The translations under genes and the position numbers were made by a program. Under the pieces are notes generated by a model that searched no databases, had not been told where the DNA came from, and worked only from the letters and a program-made list of their open reading frames with translations. A stretch of 64,000 nucleotides of DNA from Escherichia phage vB_EcoM_CUA3, in sequence record PP410321. One strand, 5' to 3'. Of this stretch, positions 1-7,788 are shown piece by piece. Numbering within the stretch: the first letter of the stretch is position 1; each line of letters begins with the position of its first letter.

Positions 1-68
1 GTTTTCAAAAGATATTTGAATACTGAATCTTTGTGCATAAGTCCTCCTACCACATCCATGTGATTAAA

Positions 69-296
69 TTATTTTCCTAAAGAAATACGGGTAGGTTTTT
101 TACCAAAGTATTCTTCATAAGAGCCATCTAAACGACCCGCTTTAGACCGACAATACGAATCGTACTTTTTGTAATAAGTCATCTCGGTATTATAACGCGG
201 GTGTCTATCGGCCATAATAATACTTAATGGCCAACCTTTGGCATAATCGCGAAGACCATTTATTTTACGAATGTATCTTTTCTTTAATTTTAGCAT
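69..296 (-). CDS. hypothetical small basic protein (75 aa)
   Basis: Minus-strand ORF; its ATG (294-296) overlaps the last codons of the upstream gene (tcATGcTAA); no recognisable motif. Confidence 0.4.
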   Translation of the reverse strand: MLKLKKRYIRKINGLRDYAKGWPLSIIMADRHPRYNTEMTYYKKYDSYCRSKAGRLDGSYEEYFGKKPTRISLGK

Positions 297-514
297 GAGC
301 TCGGGTACCAGATTTTACCATCAGAACGAGCAACGAAGGTACGTCCAGCTTCTTCACCATAACAAGAGCTGTTCAACCAGTCTTCGAGACGAACTTCACC
401 GTCATAATCATCGAGCTCAACACCGAAATCCTGAGCAGAAGCCATTTCTTTTACTTTCTTATACAGTGCAGCCAGTTCGAGTGCCGCTTTTTCTAATTCA
501 TTAATATCAGTCAT
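290..514 (-). CDS. small acidic protein, member 5 of tandem paralog array (C-terminus ...WYPSSC)
   Basis: ORF track; acidic N-terminal helix-like segment; C-terminal Trp-x-Pro-Ser-Ser-Cys-stop shared with the four upstream ORFs. Confidence 0.55.
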   Translation of the reverse strand: MTDINELEKAALELAALYKKVKEMASAQDFGVELDDYDGEVRLEDWLNSSCYGEEAGRTFVARSDGKIWYPSSC

Positions 515-526
515 TTTTTTNANNCC

Positions 527-736
527 TTAGCAAGACATAGAGGAGCTAAACCAGAAACCTTCACCTTCAGGAATACCGTAATCATCACGAACCCATTCGT
601 AATCATCATATTCCGGACTAGAAGCTGGAATATATTCTTCGCCACCGGCGTGGAAGTGCTGACCTGTTTCGTCAGCCACGGACTGGCCTTTACGTACTAA
701 TTCACGGATTTGTTTTTCAATTTCATCAATAGTCAT
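527..736 (-). CDS. small acidic protein, member 4 of tandem paralog array (C-terminus ...WFSSSMSC)
   Basis: ORF track; conserved tail; stop codon followed by TAAGG Shine-Dalgarno-like sequence for the next gene. Confidence 0.55.
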   Translation of the reverse strand: MTIDEIEKQIRELVRKGQSVADETGQHFHAGGEEYIPASSPEYDDYEWVRDDYGIPEGEGFWFSSSMSC

Positions 737-745
737 TTTATTACC

Positions 746-943
746 TTAGCATTCGTAAGAGGATGATACCCAAGAGGTACCACTAATTGTAATACAACCA
801 TTATAAAGCGTGATATGACGTTCCAGGTTACGTTGACCATCGATATAGATATCAGCTTCTTCGCGTTCTTCTTTACAAATCTGGATAACGTTTTCAATAG
901 CTGCGGCTGCAGTACGGATTGCACAATCTAATTCACGAGACAT
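746..943 (-). CDS. small acidic protein, member 3 of tandem paralog array (C-terminus ...WVSSSYEC)
   Basis: ORF track; conserved tail encoded with different synonymous codons than its paralogs. Confidence 0.55.
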   Translation of the reverse strand: MSRELDCAIRTAAAAIENVIQICKEEREEADIYIDGQRNLERHITLYNGCITISGTSWVSSSYEC

Positions 944-952
944 AATATTTCC

Positions 953-1234
953 TTAACATTCAGCAGAAGAGGACACCCAGCCGCCATTTTCTAGGTCGGT
1001 TGTGTAGTCATGAGTATTAACAATAGCCCATTCAGGATGACCATGTTCTTCCCAATGAGCAAGGTCAGCTTTCAAGGCGCCAGGAGAATAATAGTCACCG
1101 CCCATACCGCGAGCAGGGTATATATTAAAATGAGTCTCATATTTGTCTGCAATTTCCTCAGCACGACGAATAGCTTTATGGATGTCATTTACTGCGGCCA
1201 GNNNNTCTTTATTTTTACGGTAATCATTCATCAT
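953..1234 (-). CDS. small acidic protein, member 2 of tandem paralog array (C-terminus ...WVSSSAEC)
   Basis: ORF track; shares the internal EEIADKY...GGDYY segment with member 1; 4 N bases at 1202-1205. Confidence 0.55.
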   Translation of the reverse strand: MMNDYRKNKXXLAAVNDIHKAIRRAEEIADKYETHFNIYPARGMGGDYYSPGALKADLAHWEEHGHPEWAIVNTHDYTTDLENGGWVSSSAEC

Positions 1235-1243
1235 AGCGTTTCC

Positions 1244-1534
1244 TTAGCACATTGCCGAAGAGGAGACCCAAGCACCAACTGTAACGACACCGTTTTCAAC
1301 TTCGCCGCCGTTGTTTTCAATTTCATCTTTAAACCACTGGGAGCATTCATAACCGACCGGATAGTATGTACGTCCTGAACCATAATCGCCGGTACCGAAT
1401 TGGATACCATACTTATCGGCAATAGCTTCACATTTATGTTCGATGATATCTACTTTACCGAGTAGAGCATAGATAGCCTTTTCTGCAGATTTCTCGTCAT
1501 TGTATTCAGGGATTTCAATTTCAATTTTATTCAT
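1244..1534 (-). CDS. small acidic protein, member 1 of tandem paralog array (C-terminus ...WVSSSAMC)
   Basis: ORF track; AIADKYGIQFGTGDYGSG segment resembles member 2; conserved tail. Confidence 0.55.
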   Translation of the reverse strand: MNKIEIEIPEYNDEKSAEKAIYALLGKVDIIEHKCEAIADKYGIQFGTGDYGSGRTYYPVGYECSQWFKDEIENNGGEVENGVVTVGAWVSSSAMC

Positions 1535-1884
1535 GATTTACATTCCTTAATAAAGGTTTCAAGGTCATTACGTTTGGTTTGTTTTACATACTCATTATAA
1601 TTAGCCATCTCTAAAGCATATCTCTTACGGATTGGAGCATTCAAAGCATTTGTATGGCAAATATCATACACGAGAGGGATAAAATAAGTCACGACAGCTG
1701 GAGCGATTATCATATAGAAGCCCATCTCAATAGGCTTGACTCCTTCGATTGCCGCCATAACCGTGGTCATTACCAGACCAACCAGACCTCCGAGCATACC
1801 GGTGATAATTCCCGTAAATAAGGAAATAGCAATATCATATTCAGCCAATTGATAAACATGTGATGAAAGATTAGGCCGTTCCAT
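1531..1884 (-). CDS. small predicted membrane protein (about 117 aa, two hydrophobic helices)
   Basis: ORF 1531..1908; probable start ATG at 1882-1884 preceded by AAAGAGG; long hydrophobic stretches (GIITGMLGGLVGLVMTTVMAAI, FYMIIAPAVVTYFIPLV). Confidence 0.5.
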   Translation of the reverse strand: MERPNLSSHVYQLAEYDIAISLFTGIITGMLGGLVGLVMTTVMAAIEGVKPIEMGFYMIIAPAVVTYFIPLVYDICHTNALNAPIRKRYALEMANYNEYVKQTKRNDLETFIKECKS

Positions 1885-2413
1885 TTTGAACCTCTTTAGC
1901 GTATTCACGGCATTCTTTAATAAAATTATTAAGCTTACGTTGCTGTTTACGACTTTCTAATGTATACTCGTCTGCCAAAATAGTAAGTTCACCTTTATCG
2001 TAATTTTTAATATCCGAATAACTCGGGCGGCGGTCGACCATTCCAAATACATCACCGTTTTCTAGTGCCACATAACATACTAAATGATAATCATCATCTG
2101 CATCATTAATATGTACACAGTCGGTACTCTCGTTTAAAGAATATACCGAATATCTCACTCCGGCGAATTTAGCACTCTGTATACCCAATNNNNNGTCGAT
2201 GATTTCTAAAGCTTCTGCAAAAGAAAGGTCTTCAGCTAAAGCAAAGATAAAGGGTAATTTGGTAGTATCGCCACGGCTAGATGTTCTGCTTAAGAAATCG
2301 TTTGAATAGCCTAGGTCTTGGCGAATTCTATAAAGAACTGAATTGGTTTCATGGGAAAGACCACTATTTTTAAACCAATCAATATTTGATATCAAATTAT
2401 CATATAAACTCAT
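1871..2413 (-). CDS. hypothetical protein (180 aa)
   Basis: ORF track; ATG at 2411-2413 preceded by GGAGGAGAGGAG; 5 N bases inside; no recognised motif. Confidence 0.5.
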   Translation of the reverse strand: MSLYDNLISNIDWFKNSGLSHETNSVLYRIRQDLGYSNDFLSRTSSRGDTTKLPFIFALAEDLSFAEALEIIDXXLGIQSAKFAGVRYSVYSLNESTDCVHINDADDDYHLVCYVALENGDVFGMVDRRPSYSDIKNYDKGELTILADEYTLESRKQQRKLNNFIKECREYAKEVQNGTA

Positions 2414-2436
2414 AATATTCTCCTCTCCTCCAAATA

Positions 2437-2454
2437 GGGAGACCGAAGTCTCCC
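2437..2454 (-). terminator. stem-loop (gggagac-cgaa-gtctccc) between two minus-strand genes; possible attenuator/terminator
   Basis: Perfect 7-bp stem with tetraloop read directly; on the minus strand it is followed by TATTT and then the SD/ATG of the next gene. Confidence 0.4.
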
Positions 2455-2461
2455 GGTAATA

Positions 2462-3055
2462 TTACTTAAGTGAATTAATGTAGTCTTCGATATCAGCAGA
2501 AGTCGTATCCATTCCAACTTGTGGGCCTTTAAACGTTTCTACACGAAGCAGGGTATCTTCAATATCAATCTTAGTCAGTGCAGCGATTTCAACAACATCA
2601 TCGGCAGTAGCAATACCAAGGGCCGCCATATTACGAGTTTCACGAATGTACTCAAGCTTAACCGCTAGTTCCTGGCGAGAGTCATCAAGTTCCTTGACCT
2701 TAAGCTTAATTTCATTACGCATTTCAACATAATCATCGGCTTTCTTACGAAGTTGAGTAGCCGTACGACGATAAAGGAGGCCAAGTTTAGCATGCACCTG
2801 AACATCAGAGCCTTCTTTAATCAGTTTACGAATTTCTCGTTCTTTAGAACTAGCCAGTTGGTCCTTTTCGTTAGCGAGTTCACGGATACGTTTTTCTTCA
2901 TTCACAGACTTAACATGGGCAGTCTGGAGCTCAGTGATTTTATCAATCAGAGTAGAAGCAGCTTTGGTATACTGGTCTTCGATTGACAGGTTCTGAGTCA
3001 TTGCGGTACCCAGTTTAGAACGGATGAATTCAACGATTTTCTTTAAAGTGTTCAT
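2462..3055 (-). CDS. coiled-coil protein (about 198 aa), possibly PspA/IM30-like
   Basis: ORF 2462..3100; probable start ATG 3053-3055 preceded by AAGGAAA; charged heptad-like helical sequence throughout; PspA resemblance is impressionistic only. Confidence 0.45.
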   Translation of the reverse strand: MNTLKKIVEFIRSKLGTAMTQNLSIEDQYTKAASTLIDKITELQTAHVKSVNEEKRIRELANEKDQLASSKEREIRKLIKEGSDVQVHAKLGLLYRRTATQLRKKADDYVEMRNEIKLKVKELDDSRQELAVKLEYIRETRNMAALGIATADDVVEIAALTKIDIEDTLLRVETFKGPQVGMDTTSADIEDYINSLK

Positions 3056-3132
3056 AGTATTTCCTTCAGTCGGTTGATATTTTGTAATCCACGAGGACAT
3101 TATACCCTGTCCTCAGAGGTTTGTAAACATTT

Positions 3133-3531
3133 TTATTTCATTTTTGCGAGGCAGATTTCATTGGCTTCCCATTGAGCTTGCTTAATAATAGCTTTGGATA
3201 CAGGAACCCTTTGACCGTAAGTTTTTGATGTTGAGAGAACAATATGTTTGTTTGCTTCATTATGCCAGCCCCATGATTTTTCGCCATGAGTACCTTTAAC
3301 TACAGCTGACACCTCAACAGAGCAACCACCATCAGAAATCTTGGTTTCAACAATCCATTCATTTCTCTCAGCGGCTTCAATTTCCGATCTCCTTTTTTCT
3401 TCATACATGGCGGCCCAATCAGTTTTCGCCAGGTTGAAAGCAAGAGCTTTCTCTAATTCTTTGGCAGCTTTTTGTTGTTCGGGCGATAACGAATTATACA
3501 ACTCTTGCATTTCTTTATCTTCGATGTTCAT
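3133..3531 (-). CDS. hypothetical protein (about 133 aa)
   Basis: ORF 3133..3546 begins with a non-ATG codon in the track; first ATG at 3529-3531 is preceded by AAGGAG; conserved promoter/leader motif lies just upstream. Confidence 0.5.
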   Translation of the reverse strand: MNIEDKEMQELYNSLSPEQQKAAKELEKALAFNLAKTDWAAMYEEKRRSEIEAAERNEWIVETKISDGGCSVEVSAVVKGTHGEKSWGWHNEANKHIVLSTSKTYGQRVPVSKAIIKQAQWEANEICLAKMK

Positions 3532-3551
3532 TATGCTCTCCTTCACTCTGT

Positions 3552-3576
3552 TGTTTTGATAGGTCTATAGTATCAT
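3552..3576 (-). promoter_or_regulatory. conserved promoter/leader motif, copy 1 (minus strand reads ATGATACTATAGACCTATCAAAACA)
   Basis: One of three near-identical ~25-nt copies immediately upstream of minus-strand genes; contains an extended -10-like TGaTACTAT; upstream half masked by N. Confidence 0.4.
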
Positions 3577-4232
3577 NTTNNNNNNNNNNNNNNNNNNNNN
3601 NNNNNNNNNNNNNNNNNNNNNNNNNNNNNNNNNNNNNNNNNNNNNNNNNNNNNNNNNNNNNNNNNNNNNNNNNNNNNNNNNNNNNNNNNNNNNNNNNNNN
3701 NNNNNNNNNNNNNNNNNNNNNNNNNNNNNNNNNNNNNNNNNNNNNNNNNNNNNNNNNNNNNNNNNNNNNNNNNNNNNNNNNNNNNNNNNNNNNNNNNNNN
3801 NNNNNNNNNNNNNNNNNNNNNNNNNNNNNNNNNNNNNNNNNNNNNNNNNNNNNNNNNNNNNNNNNNNNNNNNNNNNNNNNNNNNNNNNNNNNNNNNNNNN
3901 NNNNNNNNNNNNNNNNNNNNNNNNNNNNNNNNNNNNNNNNNNNNNNNNNNNNNNNNNNNNNNNNNNNNNNNNNNNNNNNNNNNNNNNNNNNNNNNNNNNN
4001 NNNNNNNNNNNNNNNNNNNNNNNNNNNNNNNNNNNNNNNNNNNNNNNNNNNNNNNNNNNNNNNNNNNNNNNNNNNNNNNNNNNNNNNNNNNNNNNNNNNN
4101 NNNNNNNNNNNNNNNNNNNNNNNNNNNNNNNNNNNNNNNNNNNNNNNNNNNNNNNNNNNNNNNNNNNNNNNNNNNNNNNNNNNNNNNNNNNNNNNNNNNN
4201 NNNNNNNNNNNNNNNNNNNNNNNNNNNNNNNN

Positions 4233-4240
4233 TATTTATA
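4233..4240 (-). promoter_or_regulatory. T4-type late promoter TATAAATA (minus strand) reading into masked region
   Basis: Plus strand tatttata is the reverse complement of TATAAATA; the downstream gene is masked by N. Confidence 0.4.
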
Positions 4241-4269
4241 CAAAAAAGGCCCAACCTTTCGGAAGGGCC
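4241..4269 (-). terminator. intrinsic terminator hairpin ending the tRNA/small-RNA transcript
   Basis: ggccc aacc-tttc-ggaa gggcc stem-loop, followed on the minus strand by a T run (plus caaaaaa); identical 29-mer recurs at 51443-51471. Confidence 0.55.
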
Positions 4270-4271
4270 TT

Positions 4272-4439
4272 TAACCTAGGGTAACCTTGTCGGGGTTCCA
4301 CCTGCTAGGCAAGTGTTCNGTGCGCCGTTTCAGCTGTGAGATAAGGGACTTTAAGATGAACTCATGTACGCCTTAAAGTCGGGTCTTATTCAGGGAACAT
4401 CAGTCCGACGACTTACCGGTAGCGACCCGGTTTCTTGTT
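4272..4439 (-). ncRNA. candidate small stable RNA between tRNA-Arg and the terminator
   Basis: ~170 nt non-coding, GC-rich interval inside the tRNA transcription unit with no tRNA T-loop signature; T4 is known to carry small stable RNAs in its tRNA cluster. Confidence 0.25.
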
Positions 4440-4515
4440 TGGTCGAGACAGTAGGGATCGAACCTACGACCCAGGACTTAGAAGGTCCTTGCTCTTCCTT
4501 CTGAGCTATGCCTCG
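4440..4515 (-). tRNA. tRNA-Arg (anticodon UCU)
   Basis: Manual cloverleaf fold of the reverse complement: acceptor CGAGGCA/TGTCTCG, D-arm GCTC/GAGC, anticodon loop CTTCTAA, T-arm GTAGG-TTCGATC-CCTAC, encoded CCA; 76 nt. Confidence 0.8.
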
Positions 4516-4519
4516 TATT

Positions 4520-4594
4520 TGGCGGACATGCATGGATTCGAACCATGGACCAATTGATTAACAGTCAACTGCTCTACCACTGAGCTACACATCC
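4520..4594 (-). tRNA. tRNA-Asn (anticodon GUU)
   Basis: Manual fold: acceptor GGATGTG/CATGTCC, D-arm GCTC-AGTGGTA-GAGC, anticodon loop CTGTTAA, T-arm CATGG-TTCGAAT-CCATG, encoded CCA; 75 nt. Confidence 0.8.
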
Positions 4595-4598
4595 AAAT

Positions 4599-4672
4599 TG
4601 GTGGCCCTGGGTGGAATCGAACCACCATCCAGCGATTATGAGTCGCTCGCTTGACCGTCCAGCTACAGGGCC
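4599..4672 (-). tRNA. tRNA with CAU anticodon (Ile2/lysidine-type or Met)
   Basis: Manual fold: acceptor GGCCCTG/CAGGGCC, anticodon stem-loop AGCGA-CTCATAA-TCGCT (resembles the E. coli tRNA-Ile2 anticodon arm), T-arm GGTGG-TTCGATT-CCACC, encoded CCA; D-arm atypical. Confidence 0.65.
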
Positions 4673-5577
4673 TTAATTNNNNNNNNNNNNNNNNNNNNNN
4701 NNNNNNNNNNNNNNNNNNNNNNNNNNNNNNNNNNNNNNNNNNNNNNNNNNNNNNNNNNNNNNNNNNNNNNNNNNNNNNNNNNNNNNNNNNNNNNNNNNNN
4801 NNNNNNNNNNNNNNNNNNNNNNNNNNNNNNNNNNNNNNNNNNNNNNNNNNNNNNNNNNNNNNNNNNNNNNNNNNNNNNNNNNNNNNNNNNNNNNNNNNNN
4901 NNNNNNNNNNNNNNNNNNNNNNNNNNNNNNNNNNNNNNNNNNNNNNNNNNNNNNNNNNNNNNNNNNNNNNNNNNNNNNNNNNNNNNNNNNNNNTCTATTA
5001 TGAAAGGCTCTTTGAGTGAAGAACCTTTGGTAATAGAGGGTATTAATGATAGAGTAATAATATCATATAATTCTTAAAGCATATTAANNNNNNNNNNNNN
5101 NNNNNNNNNNNNNNNNNNNNNNNNNNNNNNNNNNNNNNNNNNNNNNNNNNNNNNNNNNNNNNNNNNNNNNNNNNNNNNNNNNNNNNNNNNNNNNNNNNNN
5201 NNNNNNNNNNNNNNNNNNNNNNNNNNNNNNNNNNNNNNNNNNNNNNNNNNNNNNNNNNNNNNNNNNNNNNNNNNNNNNNNNNNNNNNNNNNNNNNNNNNN
5301 NNNNNNNNNNNNNNNNNNNNNNNNNNNNNNNNNNNNNNNNNNNNNNNNNNNNNNNNNNNNNNNNNNNNNNNNNNNNNNNNNNNNNNNNNNNNNNNNNNNN
5401 NNNNNNNNNNNNNNNNNNNNNNNNNNNNNNNNNNNNNNNNNNNNNNNNNNNNNNNNNNNNNNNNNNNNNNNNNNNNNNNNNNNNNNNNNNNNNNNNNNNN
5501 NNNNNNNNNNNNNNNNNNNNNNNNNNNNNNNNNNNNNNNNNNNNNNNNNNNNNNNNNNCATATTAATATAGTCAAGT

Positions 5578-5837
5578 TTAATAGAAGCAATCTTTAAAGG
5601 ATTTTTAAAGATGTCGTATTCGACCAATCCATTTTCAGTTGCGGTATAAAAAGTAAAGTTGACAGAATTATAACGATGGCTGTTAACTTTGAGTTTAACA
5701 CCGCTTGAACTACGGCCAATATTAACCTGTTGAACATCAAGCACAGCATCTTTGCCGTAATTTCGAATCAACAACTCGGCTGCAACCTGATCGGATTTAT
5801 ATCCATTCTCTGGATTAGTAACCTTAACGTATAACAT
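5578..5837 (-). CDS. hypothetical protein, N-terminal part only (C-terminal part masked)
   Basis: Minus ORF starting ATG 5835-5837 (MLYVKVTNPENGYK...); reads into the N run 5088-5558. Confidence 0.4.
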
Positions 5838-6023
5838 TTAACCCTCGTCTACAATAGTGTGGGTATTGGCATTAACAATCTGCCACCAGTCAAAACGATT
5901 GGAACCATAACAAGGCTTATTCTCGTTTTCTTTAATGATATCGCGCAGTTCATCTTCAGNGAAGCCTTTNGCGATTAAGTCAGCATAACCGCCACGAGGG
6001 TAATAGTTATCACCCGCAAACAA
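5838..6023 (-). CDS. hypothetical protein, C-terminal fragment (N-terminal part masked)
   Basis: Open frame ending at stop 5838-5840 (...NRFDWWQIVNANTHTIVDEG); upstream portion lies in N run 6026-6238. Confidence 0.35.
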   Translation of the reverse strand: MFAGDNYYPRGGYADLIXKGFXEDELRDIIKENENKPCYGSNRFDWWQIVNANTHTIVDEG

Positions 6024-6238
6024 AANNNNNNNNNNNNNNNNNNNNNNNNNNNNNNNNNNNNNNNNNNNNNNNNNNNNNNNNNNNNNNNNNNNNNNNNNNN
6101 NNNNNNNNNNNNNNNNNNNNNNNNNNNNNNNNNNNNNNNNNNNNNNNNNNNNNNNNNNNNNNNNNNNNNNNNNNNNNNNNNNNNNNNNNNNNNNNNNNNN
6201 NNNNNNNNNNNNNNNNNNNNNNNNNNNNNNNNNNNNNN

Positions 6239-6424
6239 TTACTCACCTTTAGAGATTTTATCCATAACGAAAGAGATTGAACCAATTAAGAATGCCACTA
6301 CTAAAGAGATTGTATTCTCGGAAGTTGTAAGCAAATCCAACATGAATCCTGCAAACATACTAAAGCCAAAAGCAGTAACAGCGGCCAGTGCAGTAACATT
6401 TCTAATTAATTCGCAACGTTTCAT
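6239..6424 (-). CDS. small predicted membrane protein (61 aa)
   Basis: ORF track; two hydrophobic segments ([33 protein letters not shown]); conserved promoter/leader motif copy immediately upstream. Confidence 0.5.
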   Translation of the reverse strand: MKRCELIRNVTALAAVTAFGFSMFAGFMLDLLTTSENTISLVVAFLIGSISFVMDKISKGE

Positions 6425-6445
6425 TTTATTATCCNNNNNCTCATN

Positions 6446-6469
6446 TGTTTTGATAGGGCTATAGTATCA
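6446..6469 (-). promoter_or_regulatory. conserved promoter/leader motif, copy 2 (one substitution)
   Basis: tgttttgatagggctatagtatca; same element as 3552-3576 and 6812-6836. Confidence 0.4.
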
Positions 6470-6764
6470 NNNNNNNNNNNNNNNNNNNNNNNNNNNNNNN
6501 NNNNNNNNNNNNNNNNNNNNNNNNNNNNNNNNNNNNNNNNNNNNNNNNNNNNNNNNNNNNNNNNNNNNNNNNNNNNNNNNNNNNNNNNNNNNNNNNNNNN
6601 NNNNNNNNNNNNNNNNNNNNNNNNNNNNNNNNNNNNNNNNNNNNNNNNNNNNNNNNNNNNNNNNNNNNNNNNNNNNNNNNNNNNNNNNNNNNNNNNNNNN
6701 NNNNNNNNNNNNNNNNNNNNNNNNNNNNNNNNNNNNNNNNNNNNNNNNNNNNNNNNNNNNNNNN

Positions 6765-6786
6765 TAAATTCTTGATAAGTTTTCAT
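6765..6786 (-). CDS. internal protein (IP) gene, visible N-terminus only: MKTYQEF capsid-targeting sequence
   Basis: ATG at 6784-6786 followed by codons for K-T-Y-Q-E-F; I recall MKTYQEFIAE as the N-terminal capsid targeting sequence of T4 internal proteins; gene body masked by N (6470-6764). Confidence 0.55.
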
Positions 6787-6811
6787 TTTNNNGTTTCCAT
6801 TTGGTTNNNTT

Positions 6812-6836
6812 TGTTTTGATAGGTCTATAGTATCAT
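6812..6836 (-). promoter_or_regulatory. conserved promoter/leader motif, copy 3, upstream of the IP gene
   Basis: tgttttgataggtctatagtatcat, identical to copy 1. Confidence 0.4.
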
Positions 6837-7072
6837 NNNTATAGNCCTTGTAAANAACTTTTNNNNNNNNNNNNNNNNNNNNNNNNNNNNNNNNNNNNNN
6901 NNNNNNNNNNNNNNNNNNNNNNNNNNNNNNNNNNNNNNNNNNNNNNNNNNNNNNNNNNNNNNNNNNNNNNNNNNNNNNNNNNNNNNNNNNNNNNNNNNNN
7001 NNNNNNNNNNNNNNNNNNNNNNNNNNNNNNNNNNNNNNNNNNNNNNNNNNNNNNNNNNNNNNNNNNNNNNTT

Positions 7073-7780
<708 letters not shown>

Positions 7781-7788
<8 letters not shown>

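Noticed and set aside
3100-3546. ORF-track start codons at 3546, 3100, 19388, 29598 and 63998 shown as M
   Set aside because: These codons are GTG or TTG in the sequence; downstream ATGs with better ribosome-binding sites were preferred, and 63998 is an internal Val codon of the window-truncated alt copy 2.
3515-4254. ORF-track entries 3515..4243 and 3565..4254 (229-242 aa, mostly X)
   Set aside because: They are read-through of an N run; the only real residues are translations of the promoter/leader motif and intergenic sequence.
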